From Coleofasciculus chthonoplastes F2-STO-03 (GTDB lineage: Bacteria > Cyanobacteriota > Cyanobacteriia > Cyanobacteriales > Coleofasciculaceae): a DNA stretch of 64,000 nt. A program made the translations under genes and the position numbers. The stretch spans positions 33,013 through 97,012 of the forward strand of contig JAVJWO010000192.1 in NCBI GenBank assembly GCA_040222015.1, given 5' to 3'. Every line of letters begins with the position of its first letter. The stretch's first letter is position 1. The notes under the pieces were generated by a model. The model searched no databases and had not been told where the DNA came from. It worked only from the letters and a program-made list of their open reading frames with translations. Below, in pieces: positions 50,748 through 61,280 of this stretch.

Positions 50748-52145
50748 CTAAGGACTAAAATTTTGCCAACAGAGCTGACGGAAATCATCACCTCGATGTT
50801 CAAAACTTTGATACTGGTCAAAACTCGCACAAGCCGGTGACAGTAAAACCACACGCGCCTGATCCTGTTTGGCTAATTCGGCAGCTCTAGGAACCGCTCG
50901 CGCCATGGTTTCCACAATTTCATAACGATAATAACCCACCTCCTGCAAGCGTTGAGCAAATGCTGGTGCTGCTTCACCAATCAGTAAAACAGCCGCCGCT
51001 TTCACTTGGATTGTGTTCAACCAGTGGGTATCATCTCCCGCTTTGGCTTCACCCCCAGCAATTAAAATAGCAGGACTGTCAACAGCCGCTAATCCCACTT
51101 GCGCCGCATCATAATTAGTGGCTTTACTATCATTAATAAAGTCAATGCTCTGCCAGGTGATAATATGTTCGAGGCGATGAGGAACACCAGGAAAATTGGT
51201 AATAGCCTCAACAATTGCCTGTTTCTCAATCCCAGCTAACCGCGCGGCGGCGACTGCCATGAGTAAATTCTGCTGATTGTGATATCCCACCATCCGCAAG
51301 GAATCCACAGGAACAATTGGTTCCGATTCCACCATCACCCAGCCATTTTCAATATAAACCCAAGGACGAGGCGTCGCGTCACGACCCTTTACACTTGTCC
51401 AGTACGCCTTTGAGCAATGAGTTGTCCCCAACTGACGTAAATAGGGGTCATCACCGTTAAAGACTTGATGGTGCGATCGCGACAGCAGCTTGGCTTTAAT
51501 AGTGTAGTAATTTTCCAGCGTCTTGTGGCGGTTCAAGTGATCCGGCGTAAACGTTGTCCACACCCCAATTGTTGGACCTAAATCCCGTGACGACTCAATT
51601 TGATAACTACTAATTTCTGCAATCACCCAGTCAATTTGGGATTGGGGTAGTTTCTCAGGTAGAGACCGTCCATGGAAGGTCTCTAAGGGCTGCGCTAAAG
51701 CCAATTCACACGCCGCATAGCCGATATTACCGCAGGCAGGCGCATGGAAACCCGCCGCTTGAAAAATAGCTGCAATCAAAGCCGTTGTCGTGGTTTTACC
51801 ATTCGTCCCCGTAATCCCCACCCAAGGAGAGGACTTGAGATAACGCCAAGCCAATTCCATCTCGCCAATGGTATCAATCCCGCGATTCCTGGCTTCAATT
51901 AAAACCGGGATATCCCAAGGAACACCGGGACTCACCACAATCAATTCAGGTAAATCCCCATCGCCAAGGGTAAGAGAATACCCCAGTTTCACCGTAATTC
52001 CCTGAACATTAAGGACTTGTTGTTGCTGTTGCAGAGAATCAGAGGTTTTGCTATCACTGACGGTTACCGTCCACCCATCCTGTTTCAGGAGTCGTGCGGC
52101 GGCTATTCCGGAGCGTCCCAGACCAATGATGTGAGCGTTGGGCAT
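50748..52145 (-). CDS. murD: UDP-N-acetylmuramoyl-L-alanine--D-glutamate ligase
   Basis: [24 protein letters not shown] and [10 protein letters not shown] motifs. Start MPNAH is inferred. Confidence 0.95.
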   Translation of the reverse strand: MPNAHIIGLGRSGIAAARLLKQDGWTVTVSDSKTSDSLQQQQQVLNVQGITVKLGYSLTLGDGDLPELIVVSPGVPWDIPVLIEARNRGIDTIGEMELAWRYLKSSPWVGITGTNGKTTTTALIAAIFQAAGFHAPACGNIGYAACELALAQPLETFHGRSLPEKLPQSQIDWVIAEISSYQIESSRDLGPTIGVWTTFTPDHLNRHKTLENYYTIKAKLLSRSHHQVFNGDDPYLRQLGTTHCSKAYWTSVKGRDATPRPWVYIENGWVMVESEPIVPVDSLRMVGYHNQQNLLMAVAAARLAGIEKQAIVEAITNFPGVPHRLEHIITWQSIDFINDSKATNYDAAQVGLAAVDSPAILIAGGEAKAGDDTHWLNTIQVKAAAVLLIGEAAPAFAQRLQEVGYYRYEIVETMARAVPRAAELAKQDQARVVLLSPACASFDQYQSFEHRGDDFRQLCWQNFSP

Positions 52146-52421
52146 AACCTGATGATGGTTTGTTCGTTTAATTCTAACTACCATGTAGAGACTCCTCATG
52201 CAACGTCTCTACAGTCCAGGGACTAACAATTCTACCAGAAGATAGCTGTCTGATTCTGGGTGAAGTGCGAGATTGAAAGAGACATCCGCCGTCATGAATC
52301 GGGAATTACGGGATATCGTGACCATGGCAGAGTTTAAGGACGTTCCCTTGGAACCTCTCTACATGTATAATGTCGAAGGTCATCGAATAATTTTCGTTGA
52401 CATCAAACAAGGTTTTGTATC

Positions 52422-52835
52422 ATGACTCTTAAAATGAGTGTCGCTGACTTAATCTGGGTTCGTAGTAGGCACTTTAGTGCCAGAAGCGCTTTAGCGCTTA
52501 CTACAAACATTTCTCTTAAACGTCTGGCAGCCGCAATTAGTTTAACCCTACTGAGTTGGACGCTACCCACGAAGGCGCAACCCTTATCCGAGCAACAACT
52601 TCCCTCCAGTATCGATCAACTCACCAATCCGGCACAACTCCGACGATTTCAACAACGCCTCCAGCGAGAACAGCCCCTTTTGTATTTATTTTTACAATTA
52701 GAATCGGCTCAAACTGAAAACTTGCAACAGAAAGCCGAACAAGAAATTCGACAAATGTTGCAACATCCGCCATCGCTACAACAGCAATTATTCCAGCAAC
52801 AAATACGAGGAACTTTGGAGCTGGACGACTTGTAA
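52422..52835 (+). CDS. Hypothetical Gln-rich protein, possibly secreted
   Basis: 137-aa ORF with a signal-like segment ending TKA-Q. A REP-like element lies in its 5' part. Confidence 0.5.
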   Translation: MTLKMSVADLIWVRSRHFSARSALALTTNISLKRLAAAISLTLLSWTLPTKAQPLSEQQLPSSIDQLTNPAQLRRFQQRLQREQPLLYLFLQLESAQTENLQQKAEQEIRQMLQHPPSLQQQLFQQQIRGTLELDDL

Positions 52836-53294
52836 AGATTGTATTTAGTCGCAAAATAAATTCAATTAGGTTCCCCTGAAATAATTATTCTATTTTTTAT
52901 CGGCAAAATATTGTAATGTTTACCTGGAGCGTTGATCTCTTGTTATTAGAGAAAATAATCCAGATACCAAACATTGATAATTTTTATGTATCATATAAAC
53001 ACCAAAACAAATAGTATTATTTTATGGATAAAACAAAATCAAAGTAAACGTTAAGTATTGTTAATTCGATTGCCTAATTCACTAATAAGGCTCTATTAAT
53101 GGAACAAGGTAGAGAACATCGTGAGGACAATCTATTCAAATAGACAGCACGATGTTACGTTGAAACCCTGCGATCAGAATAAACAAACATACAGCAAATT
53201 CAACGACTACTGAATAAGGGGTTGCTAACCATTTCGCACAAAAAGAAAATGCTCCAAAGTAGCACTTTAGTCAAATAGTCTTGGAGAGCAAACA

Positions 53295-55403
53295 ATGTCA
53301 CAAGTGTTCACGGTTCAAAACCGGAAAGACAGCGGACAAGGTTCCTTAAGAGATGCGATCGCGCAAGCCCAGTCAGGAGATACAATTAAATTTGCCTCTC
53401 GTCTGAAAAATAAGACCATTAAGCTGACCAGTGGTCAACTCGAAATTGATAAAGACCTAACAATTGATGGGTCTAATGCTCAAGGTTTAACCATTAGTGG
53501 GAATAACGCCTCCCGCGTTTTTTTCCTTCAAGGTAATCCCACATGGGAACACGTAGACGTAACCCTGAGACATCTAATTATCGCCGATGGAAAAACGACA
53601 GAGAAAGGTGAAGATGGTGCAGGGGGAGGAGTTTGGGCGCAAGGTCAAGCAACTCTAACGGTAGAACATAGCGAATTCAAGAATAACCATGCTAACGGTG
53701 AAGGCGGCGGTGCAATTTATGCCCGTTGGGGTAGTACCTTGACAGTGATTGGCTCTAAGTTTGAGGGAAATAGCACCTCAGCAATTGGACAATCCGGTAA
53801 AAAAACAGAACGAGGTGGAGGTGCGATCGCGCTTGGTAGTATTGGCACTACCGTCGTTAAGGATAGCGAGTTTATCAACAACACTGGAGTTAGCGGTGGC
53901 GCCATTAATACTCTCTTAGGCGACTTGACCGTAGAAAATTCTACGTTTACCAACAATAGCTCAACGGATGCTGGTGGTGCAATCTATACAGATGGCGCTT
54001 CAAAAACCCCTGATAATAAAACCTCCGGCAAAATTGAGATTCGTAACAGTCGCTTTGATGGGAATACAGGGGTAGGAGAAGGAGGAGGATTGTTTCTGTA
54101 TGTTTACGATGGTGATACCGTCATCGTTGAAGATAGCACGATTATTAACAATCAGGTCACTGAAAATGCCAAAGGAGCTGCCGTTGGGGGTGGAATACGG
54201 CAGGGTAATGGCGTGTTTATCCTCCGCAACACGACGTTGGCTAACAATCAATCCGAGAAACAAGGAGGTGGCTTGTGGATAGGGGGCAGTATTTCAGATG
54301 TCACAATTGACAACAGTATTTTCTACGGAAACCGGGCTGAGTCAGCGGATGGAGAAAGTGGTTTAGGCGGTGCGATAACCCTGTCTAATGGCTCTAGTCC
54401 TACTAAAATTACCAACACAACCATTGCCAATAATTATGCCGGGTTTATGGGGGCAGGATTTTGGGGAGGTGGCTCCAATGTTAAACTCAAAAATACCCTG
54501 GTTGCCGATAATTTTGCCTATAATGGTGGCAATGGTTGGAATATTAACCACCACACAGCCGAAGTTTTCAAAGATGGGGGCGGTAACTTTCAGTCAGAAG
54601 ATCCCAATCCTAACGATACGAAGGTAACAGCTAAGGTCAAGCTGCTTGACCCGCAATTGGGAGACTTCACCGATAATGGGGGTGCCGTACAAACCGCCCC
54701 GATACCAGGCAATCCAGAGGTGACAGGGGGTGCTACACTGGCGCCGACAGCAGGCGGCAATAGTTTGAGCAATAATGAACTCCAGTTAGTCGCAGCGGTT
54801 GCTGATCAAACGACTGATGTAGACGAACCCTTGAGTTTTGATGGCAATAATCACGATACTACACCTGCCCAAAATGACCCCATCCTCATCTCTGAAGGAG
54901 AGCCTGAACTCATCAACTTGGAGGATCAAACCAGTTCGGTATCCGCGAAGTTTTTCAATATTGAGAGTGATGCTGGCTTTGACAATTCTGTCGGTTTTTA
55001 TGCGGTTGAAAATGAGCAAGGAGATGTGAAAGATAAAGTAACAGGTGAACTGATTAGTCCAGATGAGGCAGGGTATGCTGAAGCAGCTTTAGCTCAACAA
55101 GTTGTTGGCGACATGAACCGAAATACCGGGATATTTGAAGCCGAATTCCAGGCAGGAACCATTTTAGCGCCTTACATTATCGCGAATGGTACAACAGAAG
55201 AATGGTTGGAAACGAATCCAAATAATCAGCGCCTTGGCTGGAACGATCCCATTGCCTATTTTTCCTATTTAGGTGCTAATCCTGATGGGAAAGATCACGT
55301 CAGTCTACTGGGTGAGAACAAGTTTGGTTTTGAAGATTGGTTTGGTGGCGGTGATATGGATCATGATGATATCACCTTCGAGGTTGATTTAACGGTTGCC
55401 TAA
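53295..55403 (+). CDS. Secreted beta-helix (GGAI/POMP-repeat) protein with C-terminal DUF4114
   Basis: DSGQGSLRDAI, repeated FxxN/GGAI, and C-terminal ANPDGKDHV..FGFED..GGGD.D.DD. Confidence 0.85.
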   Translation: MSQVFTVQNRKDSGQGSLRDAIAQAQSGDTIKFASRLKNKTIKLTSGQLEIDKDLTIDGSNAQGLTISGNNASRVFFLQGNPTWEHVDVTLRHLIIADGKTTEKGEDGAGGGVWAQGQATLTVEHSEFKNNHANGEGGGAIYARWGSTLTVIGSKFEGNSTSAIGQSGKKTERGGGAIALGSIGTTVVKDSEFINNTGVSGGAINTLLGDLTVENSTFTNNSSTDAGGAIYTDGASKTPDNKTSGKIEIRNSRFDGNTGVGEGGGLFLYVYDGDTVIVEDSTIINNQVTENAKGAAVGGGIRQGNGVFILRNTTLANNQSEKQGGGLWIGGSISDVTIDNSIFYGNRAESADGESGLGGAITLSNGSSPTKITNTTIANNYAGFMGAGFWGGGSNVKLKNTLVADNFAYNGGNGWNINHHTAEVFKDGGGNFQSEDPNPNDTKVTAKVKLLDPQLGDFTDNGGAVQTAPIPGNPEVTGGATLAPTAGGNSLSNNELQLVAAVADQTTDVDEPLSFDGNNHDTTPAQNDPILISEGEPELINLEDQTSSVSAKFFNIESDAGFDNSVGFYAVENEQGDVKDKVTGELISPDEAGYAEAALAQQVVGDMNRNTGIFEAEFQAGTILAPYIIANGTTEEWLETNPNNQRLGWNDPIAYFSYLGANPDGKDHVSLLGENKFGFEDWFGGGDMDHDDITFEVDLTVA

Positions 55404-55424
55404 ATTTTCTGACCCGATTGGGTT

Positions 55425-55452
55425 GTAGAGACGTAGCATGCTACGTCTCTAC
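55425..55452. repeat. Perfect 28-bp REP-like palindrome GTAGAGACGTAGCATGCTACGTCTCTAC
   Basis: Related copies at about 41367, 49556, 51659, 52185 and 61257. Confidence 0.9.
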
Positions 55453-57593
55453 TTGACGATCGCGCTAAATTCTGCTAATACTCTAGCGTGGTTTCGCAGT
55501 AACCCTAATAGGTTCAACCGATTGCGCCGAATCTCTGGATTTTCGTCCATCACCATGACCCCAGCTTCCTTATCATCAAAGAAGGTGCTTACAATTGGCG
55601 TAACTTCTGCTAATGCATCAACAATTTGCTGATAATTCCGCTCTTGTTGTGCCGCTTGGGTACGGGGAACTAAGGCAACTAATGCCTGATAAAAAGCTGG
55701 TTCACTTGATTTTTCAAACAAATCGGGACGCACAACCGCTTTGGGATCTAACTGTTGTAAATCTAAGTCTCCTTGCATCGATAACCGCGCCGAACGATTC
55801 ACGGTTTCGTAGATTTCATCCAGCTTGCCGTTATTCCGAATCCCTTGCAAGAACAAAGCGCGATCGCGAACATCTAACACGTCTTTTAATGCCCGTTGGG
55901 TATACTCGCGATCGTTCTCACCCAAAACCGCATTCACTAAGTCATAATCAATCCTCTGTTCGTCTTGCAGCAAGGTACGGATACGTTGGATCAAAAACTC
56001 TTGCAAGGCTTCAACGGGCGATGATTTATCGGAATAGGTGGCGACAAAATCCGCAGAAATATCGTGCAATAGCTGATCTAAATTAATCCCTAAATTCCCT
56101 TCCCAGGTAATATTAACCACCGCATTTGCCGCACGGCGTAAGGCAAAGGGGTCAGAGGAACCGGTGGGAATCATGCCTAATCCAAAGATACTCACCAATG
56201 TATCTAAACGATCAGCCAATCCGACTACTTGACCGAGTAACGTTTCTGGTAACTTGTCCCCAGCACCTCTAGGTAAATAATGCTCAAAAATCGCCGTAGC
56301 TACCGCCTCAGATTCGCCACTCGCCAGAGCATACTTTTGTCCCATGACACCCTGTAATTCAGGGAACTCATAGACCATTTGGGTGACTAGATCTGCTTTA
56401 CAAAGGGCAGCAGCGCGAATAATATCATCCCCTTGTGTTTTTGATACCGCCAATTGTGCCGCAATCCGGGAGGCTGTTTTTTCGATGCGCCCCACTTTCT
56501 GACGCATTGACCCTAATTCATCTTGGAAGGTGACGGTTTCTAACTTGGGTAAATAATTCTCTAGGGGTGAGGCTAAGTCTGTTTTATAGAAATACTCGCC
56601 ATCCGCTAAACGGGCGCGAATCACTCGTTCATTTCCGGCGGCGATAATCTCAGATTTTGCCGGATCACCATTGGACAGGGTAATAAAATGAGGCAGTAAT
56701 TCAGTCGCTGTTTCATTCTTGAATACGGGGAAGTAGCGCTGATGTGTTATCATCACCGTTTTCACCACTTCTGGCGGTAGGATTAAGTATTCTGGATCAA
56801 ATTGACCAACTACGGCGGTGGGATATTCGACTAAATCAGTGACTTCATCCCATAATTCCTCATAGAGTAGGGTATGACCGTTGAGTTTTTGTGCGGCTGC
56901 CTGAACTTGGTCTTGGATGATTTGTTTGCGCCGATCGCGTTCTACAATCACAAAGGCGGATTCTAAGGATTGCACATAGTCCTCGGCGTGGGCAATGGTT
57001 ACCGATTCGGGGTGTAAGATCCGATGTCCACGGGATGTGCGATCGCTCTTAATCGTTTCTGAACCATTGACTAATTCAATCGGCAACACTGTATCATCCA
57101 GCAGCGCCACCAACCAGCGAATTGGGCGAGAAAACTTTAAGTCTCCATCCCCCCAACACATAAACCGCTTCCCTTGTAAGCCAAAAATCCATTGGGGGAT
57201 GACTTCGGGGAGAATTTCAATCGCCGAACGACCGATTATTTTCTTGACAACAAAGACAAATTCCCCTTTCTGTGTGTCTCGGATTTCTAAATCATCGAGA
57301 CTAACTCCCTGTTTACGGGCAAACCCTTCGGCGGCTTTGGTGGGTTTCCCGTCTTTAAAGGCGGCTTTGACTGGAGGACCTTTAACTTCTTCTTCGCGAT
57401 CAGGTTGTTGGCGAGGTAATCCCTGAATCAGTACCGCTAGACGGCGAGGTGTGCCGTACACCTGGATACTGTCAGGAGTCAGTAGTTGTTCGTCAAGACT
57501 TTTTGACAGGCGCGACTGCCATTGTTGAATCGCACTCTCGACGAAATTTGCAGGTAATTCTTCTGTACCGACTTCTAGTAAGAATGTGGGCAT
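55449..57593 (-). CDS. glyS: Glycine--tRNA ligase beta subunit
   Basis: [23 protein letters not shown] and [12 protein letters not shown] motifs. Confidence 0.97.
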   Translation of the reverse strand: MPTFLLEVGTEELPANFVESAIQQWQSRLSKSLDEQLLTPDSIQVYGTPRRLAVLIQGLPRQQPDREEEVKGPPVKAAFKDGKPTKAAEGFARKQGVSLDDLEIRDTQKGEFVFVVKKIIGRSAIEILPEVIPQWIFGLQGKRFMCWGDGDLKFSRPIRWLVALLDDTVLPIELVNGSETIKSDRTSRGHRILHPESVTIAHAEDYVQSLESAFVIVERDRRKQIIQDQVQAAAQKLNGHTLLYEELWDEVTDLVEYPTAVVGQFDPEYLILPPEVVKTVMITHQRYFPVFKNETATELLPHFITLSNGDPAKSEIIAAGNERVIRARLADGEYFYKTDLASPLENYLPKLETVTFQDELGSMRQKVGRIEKTASRIAAQLAVSKTQGDDIIRAAALCKADLVTQMVYEFPELQGVMGQKYALASGESEAVATAIFEHYLPRGAGDKLPETLLGQVVGLADRLDTLVSIFGLGMIPTGSSDPFALRRAANAVVNITWEGNLGINLDQLLHDISADFVATYSDKSSPVEALQEFLIQRIRTLLQDEQRIDYDLVNAVLGENDREYTQRALKDVLDVRDRALFLQGIRNNGKLDEIYETVNRSARLSMQGDLDLQQLDPKAVVRPDLFEKSSEPAFYQALVALVPRTQAAQQERNYQQIVDALAEVTPIVSTFFDDKEAGVMVMDENPEIRRNRLNLLGLLRNHARVLAEFSAIVK

Positions 57594-57747
57594 AATGCGA
57601 TCGCGCTTCGTGGACTTGGGTTGGGTGTTAGGAGGATGAACGGCTAGCAGAGTATAGTGGCTGCCAGTTTTCCTAGTTTAACCCTATTCCTGACATCCTC
57701 ACCTACCAAGGGTTTGGAAACCTATCAGGGGTTTGGAAACCAAACCC

Positions 57748-58332
57748 CTACCGAGGTGGCAACATCTGCGTTACTTCGATGCTCAAATGCGGAAACTGTA
57801 ATGGAGAAATCCGATCATTTTCCGCCAGGATTATCTCTTGCTGATACCCTTGCGGAGTTGGTTCTCGAAAAACGTGCAGTTGACGTCGCTTGAGGTTTAG
57901 TACCCAATACTCTTGAATTTCAGAGTTGGCATAATCCTTTGCCTTGATACCACAGTCTGTATTGAGTGTCCTATCGGCAACTTCAATAATCAGATAGATT
58001 TCTGAGGGGTGAGGGTGATGATCCAGGTAGCGTAAGACATCGGGCATAACCACCGCCACATCGGGTTCAGGTTCTGAGCGATCGCTTAATGTTACGGGAA
58101 GTTGCGTCCTGACTAACACTTGTTGTCTTAAGTTATCTTCTAACAGCAATCGGGTTAGGGTAATGGCTGTCGCATGGGGCGTTCCTTGGGGACTCATTTT
58201 TCGGATAATCTGTCCGGCTATTAACTCTACGGGTTGATCAGGTGATAAAATACCCACTTCTGCCATCCGGTGATAGTCTTCAACTGTCCACAGGTGTAGA
58301 GGGATTTGGGTTTCGTGTTGGCTTATTGGCAT
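57748..58332 (-). CDS. Uma2 family endonuclease
   Basis: TVEDYHRM, EPEPD, IEVAD and EYWV motifs. Confidence 0.9.
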   Translation of the reverse strand: MPISQHETQIPLHLWTVEDYHRMAEVGILSPDQPVELIAGQIIRKMSPQGTPHATAITLTRLLLEDNLRQQVLVRTQLPVTLSDRSEPEPDVAVVMPDVLRYLDHHPHPSEIYLIIEVADRTLNTDCGIKAKDYANSEIQEYWVLNLKRRQLHVFREPTPQGYQQEIILAENDRISPLQFPHLSIEVTQMLPPR

Positions 58333-58624
58333 CAGTTTTATTTAAGCTACCTGTAGGGGCACGATAATATCGTGCCCTACCATAATCAATGGCGTGTGTG
58401 CTTAAGTCCTACATTTATAGCATTACGGGGTACGGAAAGGACATTTATCTGTTGCCTGTGACACACCGAGCGTGTTACCGAGCGAAGCGTTCGACTGAGC
58501 GCTCACGCCGAAGTCCGAGGTGTTCCCCATTCCCTCATCTCAACCGTTAACTTTAATTTTGTCCGACGACTTAGAGGATAAGATAACGGCTAAACCTGTC
58601 TCTTTCCTGAGGTCGATTGAGTGT

Positions 58625-60865
58625 ATGTGGGCAACACTGAGAAAACAACTCTGGCGATGGCGGGGTGTGTTTATTGCTGCTCCTACTGTAGCGGGAATCG
58701 TCATCGGGTTACGCTGGGCGGGATGGCTGCAAGAACTGGAACTCGCCGCCCTGGATCAATTTTTTCGCTGGCGTCCAGCCGAAGCGATTGACTCACGGAT
58801 TGTGATTGTTGAGATTAATGAACAGGATATCCAAAAACTCGGCAACTGGCCCCCCTCAGATCGGACACTTGCCCAATTACTAAATAGGCTCAAACAACAA
58901 CAACCCAGAGCCATTGGTTTAGATCTATATCGGGATTTACCTGTAGAACCTGGACATCAGGAATTGGTCGAGGTGTTTAAATCAACGCCGAATTTAATTG
59001 GGATTCGTAAAGTAGCTGGGGATGCGGAGGGAACAGCAGTTAATCCACCACCAGGATTGAACGAATTGGGTCAGATTGGCGCAAATGATTTGGTGGTGGA
59101 TAGTGATGGTAAAGTTCGTCGCAGTTTACTATCTCTGGGAACTCCAGCCGGGGAGATTATCCCTAGTTTTAGTACGATGTTAGCGTTGACCTATTTAGAG
59201 GCGGAAGGGATTACGCTTGAGCAAGTCGATGAGGCAGGAACTCAGTATCGGTTAGGTCAAGCTATTTTTACCCGTTTCAATAAACATGATGGGGGCTATG
59301 TTCGCACCGATGCGGGTGGATTTCAGATCATCTCTAATTTCCGCAATCTCAGGCAAGGGTTTCAGTCGATTTCGTTCACGGATGTATTAGAGGGAAAAAT
59401 ACCAAAAGATTGGGGGTATGATCGCGTGATCTTGATTGGGATTACGGGAGAAAGTGTCGCGGATAACTTTTTCACACCTTATAGTCGGGGATTGGTGAGT
59501 CGATCAGCCGGGGTGGAAATTCATGCTGATGTCGTGAGTCAGATGCTAAGTGCGGCGTTAGCAGGGCGTCCCCTGATTCAGGTTTGGTCGGAACCCTGGG
59601 AAATCCTGTGGATCGTGGTTTGGACGGTAGTGGGGGCGATATTGACCTGGGGACAGCGCTATCAGGGGGGTGTGACTGTGCGATCGCCTGTTAAGGTGGT
59701 GAGTCTGATTTTAGTGGGCGGTGGCTTGGTGGGTGGCTGTTATTGGGCGTTTTTGCAGGGGTGGTGGATTCCCGTGGTGCCGCCGATTCTGGGGTTAACC
59801 GGGTCTGCGATCGCGATTATTGGGTATGTGGCTTACGGTGCGGGTCAGATGCGCCGCATATTTGGTCGCTATGTCACTGATGCGGTGGTGGCGAATTTGC
59901 TGGAGACGCCTCAGGGATTGCGCTTGGGTGGAGAAAACCACCAGGTTACGATTCTGTTTTCCGATTTAAGGGGATTTTCCGCCATGTCCGAACGAGTGTC
60001 ACCGGAGACAGGGGTGAGGGTGATTAACCATTACTTGGAGGTGATGACGGATGTGGTTGATCAGTATCAGGGTGTGATTAATGAGTTCATGGGCGATGGG
60101 ATTCTGGTCATGTTTGGTGCGCCGATTGAGCGAGAAGACGATTCCCAACGCGCGATCGCTTGTGGGATTGCTATGCAATTGGCGATGGCTGAGATTAATC
60201 AGTACAATGAAACCCTAAATTTGCCCCCCTTAGAAATGGGAATTGGCATTCATGGGGGAGAGGTATTAGCTGGAAATATTGGATCAAAGAAACGGGCAAA
60301 GTATTCTGTAATTGGTAGTCCAGTTAATTTGGCATCCCGAATTGAATCCTATACGGTGGGTGGACAAGTTTTAATTTCCGAGGAGCTGTTTAAAAAGGTA
60401 GGTTCAATCCTCCGAGTTGATGGAGAACTTCACGTTCACCCCAAGGGATTTTTTGAACCAATCACGATTTATGAAATTGGGGGAATAGGTAGCAATTTTA
60501 ATTTGTTTTCACCAAAACCAGAGGACGATTTTGTCGTTTTAATGCAGGAAATTCCAATATACTACACGGTTTTAAAGGGGAAGCATTTGGAGGAGATAGT
60601 CTGTCAGGGGAAAATTGTCAAATTATCTGCTCATGGGGCTGAAATTTGCAGTAAACAGCCGATAGAGTTGTTCAGTAATCTAAAGATTAATTTAGTCATG
60701 GGTACAAAAAAAGCAAAAGGATTAGGAGATATTTATGCGAAAGTCGTGGAGAAATCGGTAGATAGTCCAAGTCATTTTGGTATTCGATTTACAGGTATTC
60801 CTCCAGAAATCGCTGCCTTACTTTATTATTTCCGTCAGTTTTCCTCAGATGGCAATAATCCATAA
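58625..60865 (+). CDS. CHASE2-sensor class III adenylate/guanylate cyclase
   Basis: CHASE2 (IGLDLYRD, DSDGKVRR), three TM helices, FSDLRGF, GDG and NLASRIE. Start MWATL is inferred. Confidence 0.92.
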   Translation: MWATLRKQLWRWRGVFIAAPTVAGIVIGLRWAGWLQELELAALDQFFRWRPAEAIDSRIVIVEINEQDIQKLGNWPPSDRTLAQLLNRLKQQQPRAIGLDLYRDLPVEPGHQELVEVFKSTPNLIGIRKVAGDAEGTAVNPPPGLNELGQIGANDLVVDSDGKVRRSLLSLGTPAGEIIPSFSTMLALTYLEAEGITLEQVDEAGTQYRLGQAIFTRFNKHDGGYVRTDAGGFQIISNFRNLRQGFQSISFTDVLEGKIPKDWGYDRVILIGITGESVADNFFTPYSRGLVSRSAGVEIHADVVSQMLSAALAGRPLIQVWSEPWEILWIVVWTVVGAILTWGQRYQGGVTVRSPVKVVSLILVGGGLVGGCYWAFLQGWWIPVVPPILGLTGSAIAIIGYVAYGAGQMRRIFGRYVTDAVVANLLETPQGLRLGGENHQVTILFSDLRGFSAMSERVSPETGVRVINHYLEVMTDVVDQYQGVINEFMGDGILVMFGAPIEREDDSQRAIACGIAMQLAMAEINQYNETLNLPPLEMGIGIHGGEVLAGNIGSKKRAKYSVIGSPVNLASRIESYTVGGQVLISEELFKKVGSILRVDGELHVHPKGFFEPITIYEIGGIGSNFNLFSPKPEDDFVVLMQEIPIYYTVLKGKHLEEIVCQGKIVKLSAHGAEICSKQPIELFSNLKINLVMGTKKAKGLGDIYAKVVEKSVDSPSHFGIRFTGIPPEIAALLYYFRQFSSDGNNP

Positions 60866-61280
60866 TGCAAAATATTTAAAATCATAATTTAAATCAAAAT
60901 TATCCCAAGAAGAAAGGGAGTTGGTTAAACTAATTCGATATTATTTCAAATTTTTGTAGGGGCGACCCCCTTGCATCAATAAACAACACCAGTCTATTCA
61001 ATTGGGTCAGGTCGCCCTCTTCTCAACCCACCAAATTATTGCAAAATTATAGGGTGTGTTAGTGCAGCGTAACGCACCATTTATCAACTGAAATTGGTGA
61101 TTTTTCGGGCGCACGTCGGTGCGCCCCTACGGTTCCTTCGCCGTAATTCTAATTGAACAAATTCCCTGTCTCAATCCACTGCACAAGCCTATAATAATGG
61201 ATGGGTGCGATACCAGAAGAGGTGGGTTAAAGAAAGAATCAGCAATCCTGTCAATTGTAGAGACGTTCCATGGAACGTCT

